Below the pieces are notes generated by a model. It was not told the origin of the DNA and searched no databases. It worked only from the letters and a program-made list of their open reading frames with translations. The position numbers and the translations under genes were made by a program. Shown piece by piece: positions 1-10,132 of a stretch of 64,000 bases of DNA. How positions within the stretch are numbered: the first letter of the stretch is position 1; each line of letters begins with the position of its first letter. Origin of the DNA: Candidatus Nanohaloarchaea archaeon (GTDB lineage: Archaea; Nanohalarchaeota; Nanosalinia; Nanosalinales; Nanosalinaceae). The DNA is taken from contig JBDGRE010000001.1 in assembly GCA_042218325.1 (NCBI GenBank), forward strand, positions 144,990 to 208,989, given 5' to 3'.

Positions 1-352
1 CTCTGTCGACGTCCGTGATACAGGTCCAGCCAACATGACAAGTCTGGGTATCAACGCCGGCAAGAACTTGAAGTTCGGCGAGATAGAGCAGAACGCCAAC
101 TATACAAAGTGGATCAACGTTGGTGTGAACGAGAGAAGCCGCGTGGAGATACGGAGCGAAGGGAATATATCGGAGCTCCTGCGCTACGATCGTGTCAGGT
201 ACATGAAGGGGCAGGGCCGGATCCCTGTCGAACTGTTCCCGCACACCACCGGTTACTACGAGGGCAAGGTCGTCCTGACCGTCTGGAGGCCCAGGAACAG
301 GCTGGGCGAGCTGTATCTCGAGGCCTGGAAGAAGACCGAAGACGTGTTTTGA
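1..352 (+). CDS. hypothetical protein, probably 5'-truncated by the window edge
   Basis: The frame is open from position 2 through ATG 35 to TGA 352; co-oriented with the downstream surface-protein genes. Confidence 0.6.
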   Translation, partial: SVDVRDTGPANMTSLGINAGKNLKFGEIEQNANYTKWINVGVNERSRVEIRSEGNISELLRYDRVRYMKGQGRIPVELFPHTTGYYEGKVVLTVWRPRNRLGELYLEAWKKTEDVF

Positions 353-387
353 CAACCGGTTTAAACCTGGCAGACAGGAATACCTGT

Positions 388-783
388 ATGCGTAAAGGCC
401 TGCTGTCTGTGGCGATAGTCCTGTTTCTTTCGTCCGTCACTGCCCAGGCTACAGGGGCTTTCTTGCACAACGGCTCGCTGGAGGTCGAGGACTTTTCGGG
501 TCTTGTGGAGGTCCAGCAGGGTGACCGGACAGAGTTCAACTGGACCAACGGGACGGTGAAGATATTCGACAGGGATGAGGGCCTGAACATGCCGACGGGT
601 TACATACTGCTTATCCTGGCGTTCCTGCTCGTGGTCATCTACTCGGTGGACATCGATCCTTTCTGGATAGCGATACTGCTCTTCATGGTGGCCTTCACTG
701 CGGTAGTTTATTATCTCAAGTGGCCGAAATACGTCATACCTCTGATGCTTATCCTGGTAACGGTGGTGAAACACTACAGATGA
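388..783 (+). CDS. small secreted/membrane protein
   Basis: ATG 388 lies ~25 nt after TTTAAA. Signal peptide MRKGLLSVAIVLFLSSVTAQA, then 2-3 C-terminal hydrophobic helices; ATGA overlap with the next gene. Confidence 0.7.
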   Translation: MRKGLLSVAIVLFLSSVTAQATGAFLHNGSLEVEDFSGLVEVQQGDRTEFNWTNGTVKIFDRDEGLNMPTGYILLILAFLLVVIYSVDIDPFWIAILLFMVAFTAVVYYLKWPKYVIPLMLILVTVVKHYR

Positions 784-1550
784 AATACCGAATAACTGTT
801 ATCGCGCTCCTGGCGCTGTTCATCGCTTCTCCAGCGGCCGCGCTGAGCTTCGACGTGTCGATAGGCGCTCTCGCAGATACAGAGGCGCATTTCGTCCAGT
901 ACCACGAGAACACCTCGGCGGTGCAGGATGTGAACGTATCCGTGGAGAACACCGGTTCGGTAGGATGTGTCTACCGCCTCAAGGCAGAGTTCAGGTACCG
1001 CAACCAGACGCAGACCCGGTACTCGCGGCCCTATCCGCTGTTCCCGAACGAGATGGCGAACGCCCGGCTGCATTTCATACCGGAGAACTACACCGGGCCG
1101 GTGGAGGCATCGCTCTACTCAACCTACTGCGGCCAGCAGAAATCCGTGGAAAACATAACTTTCAGGTCCCTGAGGTCCAACACTGCTGAAAACAGTATCG
1201 AGTCCCGCGTGGTATCCGCGGACGAGGACTCCGCAACTGTAGAACTTGAAGAATCGGGCGGGCTGCTTGTCCCGCGCCAGACACCTCCTTACTGGAAGGC
1301 CTCCTCCGCCCGTATAAAGGAGGGCCGGGCCACGCTGCGGTACAGCCCGCCGATATTCACAAGGGAGTTGCTGAACTACACAGTCGTCAGGAACGGGTCG
1401 ATAACTGGCTACACGACGGTCGACCTCGAAGTGGATAAGACCTACTGGGACCGGCTGCGCGAGAGGCTTCCCCGGATAATCGGCGTACTGCTCGGCTTTT
1501 CGCTGCTGCTGAACGCGAGACTGCTCCGCGACCGGTTCTCCGGTAATTAA
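780..1550 (+). CDS. membrane-anchored surface protein
   Basis: Signal peptide MKYRITVIALLALFIASPAAA, beta-rich Ig-like body with NxS/T sequons, C-terminal TM and basic tail. Confidence 0.75.
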   Translation: MKYRITVIALLALFIASPAAALSFDVSIGALADTEAHFVQYHENTSAVQDVNVSVENTGSVGCVYRLKAEFRYRNQTQTRYSRPYPLFPNEMANARLHFIPENYTGPVEASLYSTYCGQQKSVENITFRSLRSNTAENSIESRVVSADEDSATVELEESGGLLVPRQTPPYWKASSARIKEGRATLRYSPPIFTRELLNYTVVRNGSITGYTTVDLEVDKTYWDRLRERLPRIIGVLLGFSLLLNARLLRDRFSGN

Positions 1551-1553
1551 AGC

Positions 1554-1559
1554 TTTAAA
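1554..1559 (+). promoter_or_regulatory. archaeal TATA box (representative; likely leaderless transcript)
   Basis: TTTAAA 28 nt before ATG 1587; similar spacing recurs at many gene starts in the window. Confidence 0.5.
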
Positions 1560-1586
1560 GCTCGGAAACACCAACTTTGGTTGTAG

Positions 1587-4574
1587 ATGACAGCGATGCC
1601 CTACTTTCTCGCCAGGTCAGTGATCGCCATCTCCGCTCTGATGCTTATCGGCGGGGCCTCCGCGGCATCGCTCAACATAGAGGACGGCGACACGGTCATA
1701 TGGAACAACTCCGACAGCGCCTCTGAGCTGACGCTCGACTGGAGTTCTGATACCGGTCTTGAGAAAGTAACTATCCGACATGAGTCTGGTAAGGCCCGGA
1801 ACGTGACCATGGATTCGTATGATGTAACGCGTGGGATGGAGGCTCTGGGCGAGTACGAAGTCTACGGATGGTACAGCAACGGGAATATGACGAACAGGAC
1901 AAATTCTGATAGTTTCTTCTTCGCAGGGATCAGGCCTGAGATCCTGAACCCGGACGACCATGACATCGGCTACAGGAACCATTTCATGGGAGATGAGTCG
2001 AAGGGCGAGCTCTTCAAGGGCGAACCGGTAAGGCTGAATCTAAACGTGAAGGGTCTGGACGGAATCGAATCTGTAACGGATTACGAGGGTATGGAGAGCC
2101 TTGTCTACCAGAAGTCGAACTTCGATTTACCTTTAGTGATACCAAGTTACAGTAATCGACCTCTGGATGCTGCACCTTTCGAATGGGAGGATCCGAGCGC
2201 GCCGAAGGAACCGAATATACTTCTTCACCCATACGTGCCTGCAGATATAACAGGAGGGAACAAAGAGATAACTACAACTGTGGAGTATAGCGGGCCCTAC
2301 GGTGGGTTCTCGGAAAAGGTTTCGACGGATGAAGAGGCTCTTTATGTTACCGGCGTGAGAACGCTCGGCAAGCAACCTGAAGAAGATATCACGGAATCTC
2401 AGATAGGAGAAATATCGCTGCGTATATACGTTGAATCCAAGCACCGTAAACTGATCTCGGAGGGCATGTTTGAGGCCCGGCTGGAGGGAAAGAACGGGGA
2501 GACTGTAGGCAGGAACGAGGCCAACGTCGATTTCTCCTTGACAGATGTTTCGGGCGAAAAAGGCGTTTACAGGTTAGAACTGGAAAAATTGCCTGATAAA
2601 AAACCCGATAGCGCCGAGTTCGACTTCGAAATCCTGTACGAAGACCCGCTATACTCCGGTCAGCAACCGGTCGAGATAGCCTCCTACAACGTTTTCTCTG
2701 ATTTCGTCAGATTCAGAGGCTATGTCTGGGATTCCCAGAAGCAACCGGTTGGCAGCAGTTTCACAGTTGATGGTAGAAGCTTCTCGACTAACGGTAACGG
2801 TTTTTTCCAGCAGAAGTTTGTACCGGGTGAGTACGATTTCAATATCAGCTTCAAGAAGGGAGGTAAGACCGCGTCCGTGAATCTTCATGATGTCGAGATG
2901 CAATCTCAATACAAACCTGGTAAGACAAAGATAAGGTATGAGTACGTGAATAATCCTTCGGGGGTCAGGGTTCCCGGCGTCAAACCCATGGACCTTGTTT
3001 CTTTCGTGTTCCGTAAACCTTTCGAGCAGACCGGGAGCACCGTCACAATCGACTACTCGGTTTCTGGTTCTGATCCTACAGAGGTGAGTGTGTTCAGTTG
3101 TGATAACTGGGCTATTTCGGACTCAAGATGTCTCTCCAGCTGGAAGAAGGTGGAGAAAACATCGTTCAGCCCGGGAGGAGGGTGGTCGGTCAGGGCGCCT
3201 GCAGAGACATTCGAGGCTAACTATAACGGTAGGCAAAAAGAGATAATGCGTTCGGCTTACGTCATCGGGACCCGTTCCGGTCTCCGGCTTAACAGCAACT
3301 TGAGGCTGGAGGGAACAACCGGTGGCCGGATAGTCGCGGGCAGCGAGCTGTCTGTGAGCGGGCAGATACTGGCCGCGGGAGGCAAACAGGTCTCCGGCGT
3401 GGATGTACAGGTCGCCATGAAGGACGGCGGCGAGACAGTAAAGACCCTGACGGGTAAGACGGATGATTCGGGTTCTTTCACGGTTTCAGGTGACGTGCCG
3501 GAGGAACCCGGCAACTTCACCCTTGAGCTGACGGCCTCGAAGAAGCCTTACGACACCTTTACGACAGAGAAAGATGGTGAGGTCTGGGTCTACAGGGAGA
3601 AAGAGCTGGAGTTGCGGAAGAAGGACAGCGGTCGCTGGACGCTTGAACCCGGGAAGAAAAGCAGCAGGACCGTGGTGGTGGAGAACACCGGACAGGTCAA
3701 TATCGAGGATATCCAGCTCTCCGTGGCCGGTACCCGGAACATCAATCAGGACTACGTATCGCTCGCGACCGCCACCCTCGGGAGTTTATCGCCCGGTGAA
3801 TCAAAGGAGGCGGAAGTCGTGTTCGACCTCCCGGACACCTGTCCCGGTAGCGGCTGCCCCGAGCTCTCTTCGAGCATCGATCTCCGGGTCACAGGCAGCC
3901 ATGGAACTGCGGCAACCCTCAACCTTGGCCCGAAGGTAAGCACCGGCAGCGAGACCGGTGAAGATAGCACGACGAGTGAGAAGACCTCCGAGCAGAAAAA
4001 CAGATCGGATAACGGTATGAGCTTCTCCACTCCGGAGATCCCGGGCGCGAAGGCCACGGGCCAGTTTCTCGCCGCCCAGAGCACGGTCAACATCGCTCTC
4101 GGCCTCATGTTCATCTTCCTGATGGTGCTGGCTGGCGCCCTCAAGAACAAGGACGATGACGACAGGACAGTCAGGAGGAACGTAGTAAGAGGTAGCAATG
4201 GCGGAGGGTCACGCCCCGGCGTCCAGCCGCCACGGGTGTCACCGGCGCACCACGACAGCGACTCCGCCCCCCTCGACGGGCCGAAGACGGTGGAAACCGG
4301 CGGCGAGGAAACCGAAACAGGAGAAGTAGAGGAGGAAGAAGACGAGGATGAACAGGCGGCCGGGGAAGAGACCGGTGGGGAAGCCAGCGGGAAAGGCAAG
4401 GTTGACAAGCTCGCGGAGTCACTTACCGGGGAAGCAGATGAAGAGCAGGAAGAGGATGGCGAGAACGGTGAGAGCTCAAGCGGTGGAGGGGAGGTTTCAG
4501 TCGAGTGCGATATCTGCGGTGAGGAGTTCGACACCGAGGCTGGCGTCAAGATACACAAGCAGACGGCCCATTAA
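1587..4574 (+). CDS. large cell-surface protein (Ig/CARDB- and carboxypeptidase-regulatory-like domains, TM, acidic tail, C-terminal C2H2 zinc finger)
   Basis: 995 aa. Signal peptide; 'TDDSGSFTVS' and 'VVENTGQVNIEDIQL' motifs; TM 'VNIALGLMFIFLMVLAGAL'; ends CDICGEEFDTEAGVKIHKQTAH. Confidence 0.8.
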   Translation: MTAMPYFLARSVIAISALMLIGGASAASLNIEDGDTVIWNNSDSASELTLDWSSDTGLEKVTIRHESGKARNVTMDSYDVTRGMEALGEYEVYGWYSNGNMTNRTNSDSFFFAGIRPEILNPDDHDIGYRNHFMGDESKGELFKGEPVRLNLNVKGLDGIESVTDYEGMESLVYQKSNFDLPLVIPSYSNRPLDAAPFEWEDPSAPKEPNILLHPYVPADITGGNKEITTTVEYSGPYGGFSEKVSTDEEALYVTGVRTLGKQPEEDITESQIGEISLRIYVESKHRKLISEGMFEARLEGKNGETVGRNEANVDFSLTDVSGEKGVYRLELEKLPDKKPDSAEFDFEILYEDPLYSGQQPVEIASYNVFSDFVRFRGYVWDSQKQPVGSSFTVDGRSFSTNGNGFFQQKFVPGEYDFNISFKKGGKTASVNLHDVEMQSQYKPGKTKIRYEYVNNPSGVRVPGVKPMDLVSFVFRKPFEQTGSTVTIDYSVSGSDPTEVSVFSCDNWAISDSRCLSSWKKVEKTSFSPGGGWSVRAPAETFEANYNGRQKEIMRSAYVIGTRSGLRLNSNLRLEGTTGGRIVAGSELSVSGQILAAGGKQVSGVDVQVAMKDGGETVKTLTGKTDDSGSFTVSGDVPEEPGNFTLELTASKKPYDTFTTEKDGEVWVYREKELELRKKDSGRWTLEPGKKSSRTVVVENTGQVNIEDIQLSVAGTRNINQDYVSLATATLGSLSPGESKEAEVVFDLPDTCPGSGCPELSSSIDLRVTGSHGTAATLNLGPKVSTGSETGEDSTTSEKTSEQKNRSDNGMSFSTPEIPGAKATGQFLAAQSTVNIALGLMFIFLMVLAGALKNKDDDDRTVRRNVVRGSNGGGSRPGVQPPRVSPAHHDSDSAPLDGPKTVETGGEETETGEVEEEEDEDEQAAGEETGGEASGKGKVDKLAESLTGEADEEQEEDGENGESSSGGGEVSVECDICGEEFDTEAGVKIHKQTAH

Positions 4575-5156
4575 CTACTGTTCTTCAAGTTTTTCTATCG
4601 CTTCCCGGTACCATGGCTCGGCTATCTCTCGCGCCTCTTCGCTCGAGATACGTTTGAACATCCAGTCGTACTTCTCCCGTACGTCCTGTTTCCGGAATAC
4701 CTTTCCCGTGGCGTCGAGGAAGATATCCACGTTGCACTCGAAGAAGCTGAGGCTGTCCGCGTCCTTCAAGATGTCCTGTTCAGGGGTTCCGCCCTCCTCG
4801 TGTTTCCTTACGAGTTCCCGGACCTTTTCGACCAGTTCCCGGGGTGCGCCCGAGTCTTCGAGGAAACTCGCGACTATCTCGGCGCTTCTCTCCTGGTGGC
4901 TCTCCAGCCTGTCGGGATCGGTAAAGTTTTTTTTCTCGTGTCGGTCTGCGTTATCGCTTTTATCTTCTTGCTGCCATCTCTCCGCGTGCTCCATGTCGTG
5001 GGCGTAACCCGCTATCTTCAATGCGTCGGTCGCGTCCGGTTCCAGCTGTTTTATCCAGTGCACTGTCCTGGCTAGATGCTCCAGGTGGTCGGGTCTCCCG
5101 GCTTTCCTGAACTCTTCGTCGACGAACTGTTTGACCTTTGAGAAGTAGCCGGTCAT
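4575..5156 (-). CDS. HD-domain protein (DUF4202-like)
   Basis: H...HD...H...KHE...DADSLSFF pattern of the HD superfamily. Confidence 0.7.
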   Translation of the reverse strand: MTGYFSKVKQFVDEEFRKAGRPDHLEHLARTVHWIKQLEPDATDALKIAGYAHDMEHAERWQQEDKSDNADRHEKKNFTDPDRLESHQERSAEIVASFLEDSGAPRELVEKVRELVRKHEEGGTPEQDILKDADSLSFFECNVDIFLDATGKVFRKQDVREKYDWMFKRISSEEAREIAEPWYREAIEKLEEQ

Positions 5157-5160
5157 TCTA

Positions 5161-5943
5161 TCAGCGGGTGATGTTTTCCTTGAACTTCTTGAACCCGCGC
5201 TTCAGCTTGGGGAAGCTCGGCTCCTCGAATTGTACACCCTCGAGGTCGTGGGCAAGCCTCTGTATCTCGAGCGACGCGGGCGATAGAGGTTCGCGCTGGA
5301 CGAGAGGAGCTCCTTCGAAAAGGCTGCGCTTCATCTCCACGTCGTAGGGTATGGTCGCCATTATGTGTGATTCGGTCATCATCTCGACCTCCCTGTCGAT
5401 AAGCTCCATCTCCGGGTCGCCCTCGGACATGTTGATAACTGTTCCGAGGACCGGCACGCGGAGCTGTTTCGCCTTCTGGATTATCTGCGCCGCGTTGGTG
5501 CCCGCGGTCTGGGTCGGCATGGTGATGATAATCAGTTCGTCGCACGCCTCCATGATGTTCTCCACCGTCGAGTTCAGGCCTGGCGGGCAGTCAACTATCA
5601 CGTAGTCCGAGACCTCGCGGGCGTGCTCCAGCACCGGCTGTATCTGCGCAGTATCGGGTTCTGTCTGGCTTATCTCGTTAGACGCCACTATGGCCTTGAT
5701 GCCTGCCGGATGCCGGAATATCGCGGAAGACGGGTGATCGTCGCCGTGCAGCACGTCCTGTATCTTCACAGGATGGTCGTACCGGCCCAGGTGCACCCCG
5801 AGATTGGATGCGGAGAAATCCGCGTCAACGACCGTTACCTCCTTGCCGAGTTGCTTCAGGCTGATCCCGAGGTTGACCGTCAGGCTGGTCTTGCCGACCC
5901 CGCCTTTCCCAGAAATCATGCCTATAACCCGTCCTTCGGTCAT
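5161..5943 (-). CDS. minD: MinD/ParA family ATPase
   Basis: Deviant Walker A SGKGGVGKTS, VDADF, Walker B YVIVDCPPG; start placed at MTEGRVIG. Confidence 0.88.
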   Translation of the reverse strand: MTEGRVIGMISGKGGVGKTSLTVNLGISLKQLGKEVTVVDADFSASNLGVHLGRYDHPVKIQDVLHGDDHPSSAIFRHPAGIKAIVASNEISQTEPDTAQIQPVLEHAREVSDYVIVDCPPGLNSTVENIMEACDELIIITMPTQTAGTNAAQIIQKAKQLRVPVLGTVINMSEGDPEMELIDREVEMMTESHIMATIPYDVEMKRSLFEGAPLVQREPLSPASLEIQRLAHDLEGVQFEEPSFPKLKRGFKKFKENITR

Positions 5944-6028
5944 GAACAGACAAGAATTTCGCTCAGATGTTAATAAACCTGATGAGATGAACATTTGTTA
6001 AGCAAAGGTGGTTTAAAGTTTTCACTCC

Positions 6029-6454
6029 ATGAGAGTGATTATGAACTGGTTCTGGACTGCGGCGGTAGCACTCATCGTCGTGGCAGTTGCTCTTGTGGCG
6101 TTCCCGGGCAGCAGTTCAGGTATAACCTTCACGGACCTGGAGACAGAGTGCAGGTATGACCGTGTCGAGTCCGCTGATTTCACGCTCGAGGACCGGAGAC
6201 TGGTTTTCGAGGGCATGTTCCCGGTCGACAACACGGACGTAAAACTGAGCCACGGGTACAGCAAGAGCAGCGACAAGATAGTGCTGAACGTGAAGTCATC
6301 GAAGATGGAGCAGCCGCGTTCCTTCGTGAACGAGTGTCTGGGGATGGTCATCTATGATGCACGGACCCGCGAGCTTTCGCCGGGTTCCTATGATGTGCGG
6401 CTGAAGCACAACGGTGACCTCCAGAAGCGGCAGGTCATCCGGGTAACCCGGTAG
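6029..6454 (+). CDS. membrane-anchored hypothetical protein
   Basis: N-terminal hydrophobic helix, two Cys, TTTAAA upstream. Confidence 0.7.
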   Translation: MRVIMNWFWTAAVALIVVAVALVAFPGSSSGITFTDLETECRYDRVESADFTLEDRRLVFEGMFPVDNTDVKLSHGYSKSSDKIVLNVKSSKMEQPRSFVNECLGMVIYDARTRELSPGSYDVRLKHNGDLQKRQVIRVTR

Positions 6455-6580
6455 CTACAGCACGTTCTGCATCTCGAGGTACGTCACGAGTAACGAAAGA
6501 AGATAGATAAAGGCTACTGTGCCGGCGATGACTTTCTGCTTCCGGTCCAGCCTTGAAATCCTCTCAAGCATACTTCCGTC

Positions 6581-9085
6581 CTACTTGAGACGGTAGCTTA
6601 CCGCACCGCCCTTGTTTTCGACCTTTACCTTTCCCTCTCTTGCGAGCCAGCCGAGCGACTGGTGGAGTGTCTGCGCATCTATCGCGTCCTCGGTGTGCTT
6701 CAGAAGTTTCTCCGCGGTCGCCACGCCGTGCTCCTCCAGGATGCTGTAGATCTTGCCCGCGGGGCCTCCTATCATGCTCTCGTGGTCGAACTCCATGCTG
6801 CCTTCAGCCGAGTTATCCTCTGCCTCCGATACCTTGACTATCGTCTCGAGTGCGACGTCCGGTGAGACCGATATCGCGTCGATACCTGCCTCCACGAGGA
6901 AGTCAGCGTAGCCCTCGTGAGTCGACGGTGCGTCGCCGCAGATGCCGACGTGTGCGTCTTTGGCGTGAGCCTGGCTGATGAGTCTTCTTATCGACTCCTT
7001 GACCGCAGGGTCACGCTCGTCGAACAGCTCCTTCAGCTTGTCGCTGTTCCGGTCGACCCCGAGGGTCAGCTGCGTCAGGTCGTTCGTGCCGACAGAGAAA
7101 CCGTCGAACACGTCCGCGAACTCGCCTGCACGGATGATGTTCGCGGGGATCTCGGCCATGACGTATACATCGATGTCTCCTTCGTCGAGGCCGTACTCTT
7201 TCATCTTCGCACGCACGTTCTTGCCCTCCTCGACTGTCCGGCAGAACGGCACCATTATCGTAAGGTTGTCGAGCTCGAGCTCGTCGATGCACCGCCGCAA
7301 GGCCTGGCATTCCAGTTCGAAAGCCCTCGAGAACTGCTCGTCGTAGTAACGCGAGGCCCCGCGGAACCCGAGCATAGGGTTCGCTTCATCTGGTTCGTAC
7401 TCCTCGCCACCCTTCAGCTCCGCGTACTCGTCAGACTTGAAGTCCGATAGGCGGACGACGACCTGGTCGGGGTAGAACGCGGCACCGATCTTCCCGATAC
7501 CGCTCCTCAAAGCTTCCACGTACTCTTCTTCCCGGTCATCTTCTATCAGCTTGAGCGGGTGCTCGCCCACGTGAGACGAGATTATGAACTCTTCACGGGC
7601 CAGTCCGACCCCCTCGACAGGGAGCTGTGCGACGTGGAAGACCTCGCTCGGCTCCCCGATGTTCACCTGTACGTCAGTATCTGTTTCCGGTATCTCGTCG
7701 AGGTGATGTTCCTCGACCTCGAACTCCAGCTCGCCGTCCCATATCTTGCCAGTCGAGCTGCTGCAGTCCACGGTTACCTCCTGCTGGTCGTCCAGCTGTG
7801 ACGTTGCATTTTCGGTTCCGATGACCGCCGGTACGCCGAGTTCACGGGAGACGATGGCCGCGTGAGAGGTGCGTCCGCCCTTGTTGGTTATTATCGCGCC
7901 CGCCTTCTTCATGATCGGTTCCCAGTCAGGGTCGGTCATGTCCGTTACGAGGACTTCTCCCTCCTCGAACTGGTCGATCTCCTTCGGGGACTCCAGTATG
8001 TGGGCCTTGCCAGCACCGATCTTCGAGCCGATGGCGCCTCCTTCAAGCACGACCTCGGATTCTTCTTTCATCCTGTGGTCCTTGATGACGTTCTCTTCCT
8101 CCTCCGCGTGCACAGTTTCCGGGCGGGCCTGGACGATGTAAAGCTCCCGTGTCTGGCCGTCATACACCCACTCGATATCCATGTGCTTGCCGTAGTGGTC
8201 CTCGATACGTTCACCGTAGCGGGCGAGTTCCTTCACCTGGTTGTCGGTGATTGAGAACTTCTCCCGTTCATCCTTCGGTACCTTCTCCTTCTCGTTGTCT
8301 TCATCGCCCGAACCCCGCACCAGTTTTACCTCCTTGTCGCCGAGCTCCTTCTCTATTATGCCGAGGTTCTTCTTGAATACCGTGAACTCGTCCGGGTTGA
8401 CCTCCCCCGCGACCACTAGGTCGCCGAGGCCGTACGCTGAGTTGATTGTTATGACCTCCTCGAAACCGGAGTCCGGGTCGATAGTGAACATGACTCCTGC
8501 CGCACCAGTGTCGGAGCGGCCCATCTTCTGGATGACCGCGCTCAGCTTGACGTCGAAGTGGGAGAAGCCCTTGTCCTCCCGGTAGCTGATGGCGCGGTTG
8601 GTGAAGAGCGACGCGAAGCAATCCTTGATACGTTTTATCAGGTCCTGTTTGCCGGAGACGTTGAGGTAAGTATCTTGTTGACCGGCGAACGATGCACCGG
8701 GAAGGTCCTCCGCGGTCGCCGATGAGCGGACAGCGACCTCCGGGTTCTCGACGCCTATCTGCTCGCCGAGCTCCTCGTAGGCATCCATGAAAGCGTTTCG
8801 AAGGTCCTCTGGCATGTCGGCCTCCTGTATATGGGAGCGGATCTGCTTGCCGCGCCTCTGCAGGTCCTTCACGTCTTCAGTATCAAGGCCGTCCAGCAAG
8901 GTTTCTATCTTGTCCTTAAGGTCTGTCTCCTCTATGAAGTGATCGTACGCGCTGGCCGTGGTCGCGAAACCTGGTAGAACCGGTACGTCTATCTCGTTGT
9001 TGAGTTCGCCGAGGTTGGCGCTTTTTCCACCTACACGGTCAGTGTCGCTCGAGTCTATCTCGTCGAACCAGAGAACCTTCTCCAT
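6581..9085 (-). CDS. ppsA: phosphoenolpyruvate synthase with C-terminal winged-helix extension
   Basis: VGGKSANLGEL, AVRSSATAEDLPGASFAGQQDT, phospho-His GGRTSHAAIVSRELG, EANPMLGFRG, FSVGTNDLTQ, GICG. Confidence 0.96.
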   Translation of the reverse strand: MEKVLWFDEIDSSDTDRVGGKSANLGELNNEIDVPVLPGFATTASAYDHFIEETDLKDKIETLLDGLDTEDVKDLQRRGKQIRSHIQEADMPEDLRNAFMDAYEELGEQIGVENPEVAVRSSATAEDLPGASFAGQQDTYLNVSGKQDLIKRIKDCFASLFTNRAISYREDKGFSHFDVKLSAVIQKMGRSDTGAAGVMFTIDPDSGFEEVITINSAYGLGDLVVAGEVNPDEFTVFKKNLGIIEKELGDKEVKLVRGSGDEDNEKEKVPKDEREKFSITDNQVKELARYGERIEDHYGKHMDIEWVYDGQTRELYIVQARPETVHAEEEENVIKDHRMKEESEVVLEGGAIGSKIGAGKAHILESPKEIDQFEEGEVLVTDMTDPDWEPIMKKAGAIITNKGGRTSHAAIVSRELGVPAVIGTENATSQLDDQQEVTVDCSSSTGKIWDGELEFEVEEHHLDEIPETDTDVQVNIGEPSEVFHVAQLPVEGVGLAREEFIISSHVGEHPLKLIEDDREEEYVEALRSGIGKIGAAFYPDQVVVRLSDFKSDEYAELKGGEEYEPDEANPMLGFRGASRYYDEQFSRAFELECQALRRCIDELELDNLTIMVPFCRTVEEGKNVRAKMKEYGLDEGDIDVYVMAEIPANIIRAGEFADVFDGFSVGTNDLTQLTLGVDRNSDKLKELFDERDPAVKESIRRLISQAHAKDAHVGICGDAPSTHEGYADFLVEAGIDAISVSPDVALETIVKVSEAEDNSAEGSMEFDHESMIGGPAGKIYSILEEHGVATAEKLLKHTEDAIDAQTLHQSLGWLAREGKVKVENKGGAVSYRLK

Positions 9086-9314
9086 ACCTCAGGTTTCCCG
9101 CCGGGAGGATTTAAAAGGCGCGTTGTGAGGTGGAAGTGAATAGGTCTCCGGTTTGCCTCCATCAGGATGAATAACTTTTTCTGCTACAACGGCTGATGCG
9201 GCCTGATGCTTTGGCACGAACCTTTCGCATCCCGGGGTTAAGCTGTTCCAGGAAGCCCGCAGAGCTTTGTTCCCAGAGGCAAGATGATTTTAACCCGTCT
9301 CCGTAAACTTTAAT

Positions 9315-9731
9315 GTGAAAAACAGAAGAGGACAGGCGGCGATAGAGTACATGACTGTGTTCGGTATCGCGCTGCTGCTTTCCACACCGTTCATAATGCG
9401 GGCCCAGAGTTCCATCATGGATCTGAAGACCGGTTCGGAGATAATAGAGATGAGGGACTCGCTGAGCAAGATCGAGACGTCTGTCCAGACGGTGGGTGCG
9501 GCTGGCGAACCTGCGAGAAGGACGTTTCACGTTGAAATCCCGAGGTCAGTAGTGTCGTCAAGGATAGAAAACGATACCGTCGTATTTATACTGAGAGGCC
9601 CGGCCGGCAACTCGGATATGTCGAGGTCGTTTGAGACGAATGTAACCGGGACGCTTCCTGATACGCCGGGAATACACCGCCTTACTGTTTACGCTGAGAA
9701 CGGAGCGGTGTATATAGAGGTGGTTGGATGA
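9315..9731 (+). CDS. class III signal peptide protein (minor pilin-like)
   Basis: RRG/QAAIEY followed by a hydrophobic helix. Confidence 0.8.
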   Translation: MKNRRGQAAIEYMTVFGIALLLSTPFIMRAQSSIMDLKTGSEIIEMRDSLSKIETSVQTVGAAGEPARRTFHVEIPRSVVSSRIENDTVVFILRGPAGNSDMSRSFETNVTGTLPDTPGIHRLTVYAENGAVYIEVVG

Positions 9732-10132
9732 GTTCCCAGGGGCAGAGCTCACTGGAGTTCCTCGCTTTCGTTTCGATGTCGGCGCTTCTGCTGGCTGCTC
9801 TTTACGGTGTTATGTCTACCAAGCAGACCGAAGCCTTCAGGCAGCAGAACACCGAGAAGGCGCAGAGGATAGCTGAACAGGTATCTTTCCAGGTCGAGCT
9901 TGCACTTATCCACGGTGACGGTTACTCGAGAGTATTCCCGGTCCCGTCCAGGATTGGAGGCAGCAGCTACACAGTGGAACTGTTCAATGGTACTTCCCGG
10001 GTTAGCTGGGCCAACCAGACTGTTCTCCAGCCTTCACGCTACGAGAGCGAGGAGATAAACATCACCACACGGTCCGGGAACGTGTTCAGGGTGGTGAACC
10101 AGGACAGCGAGGTGACCTTCGTTGCCGAGTAA
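9728..10132 (+). CDS. class III signal peptide protein (minor pilin-like)
   Basis: QG/QSSLEF followed by a hydrophobic helix; ATGA overlap. Confidence 0.8.
   Translation: MSSQGQSSLEFLAFVSMSALLLAALYGVMSTKQTEAFRQQNTEKAQRIAEQVSFQVELALIHGDGYSRVFPVPSRIGGSSYTVELFNGTSRVSWANQTVLQPSRYESEEINITTRSGNVFRVVNQDSEVTFVAE

Noticed and set aside
9161-9208. Possible C/D-box sRNA (AGGATGA...CTGA with ATCAGG/CCTGAT stem) in the ppsA-pilin gap
   Set aside because: Box C is imperfect, there is no clear C'/D' pair, it is short, and no target could be identified by eye.
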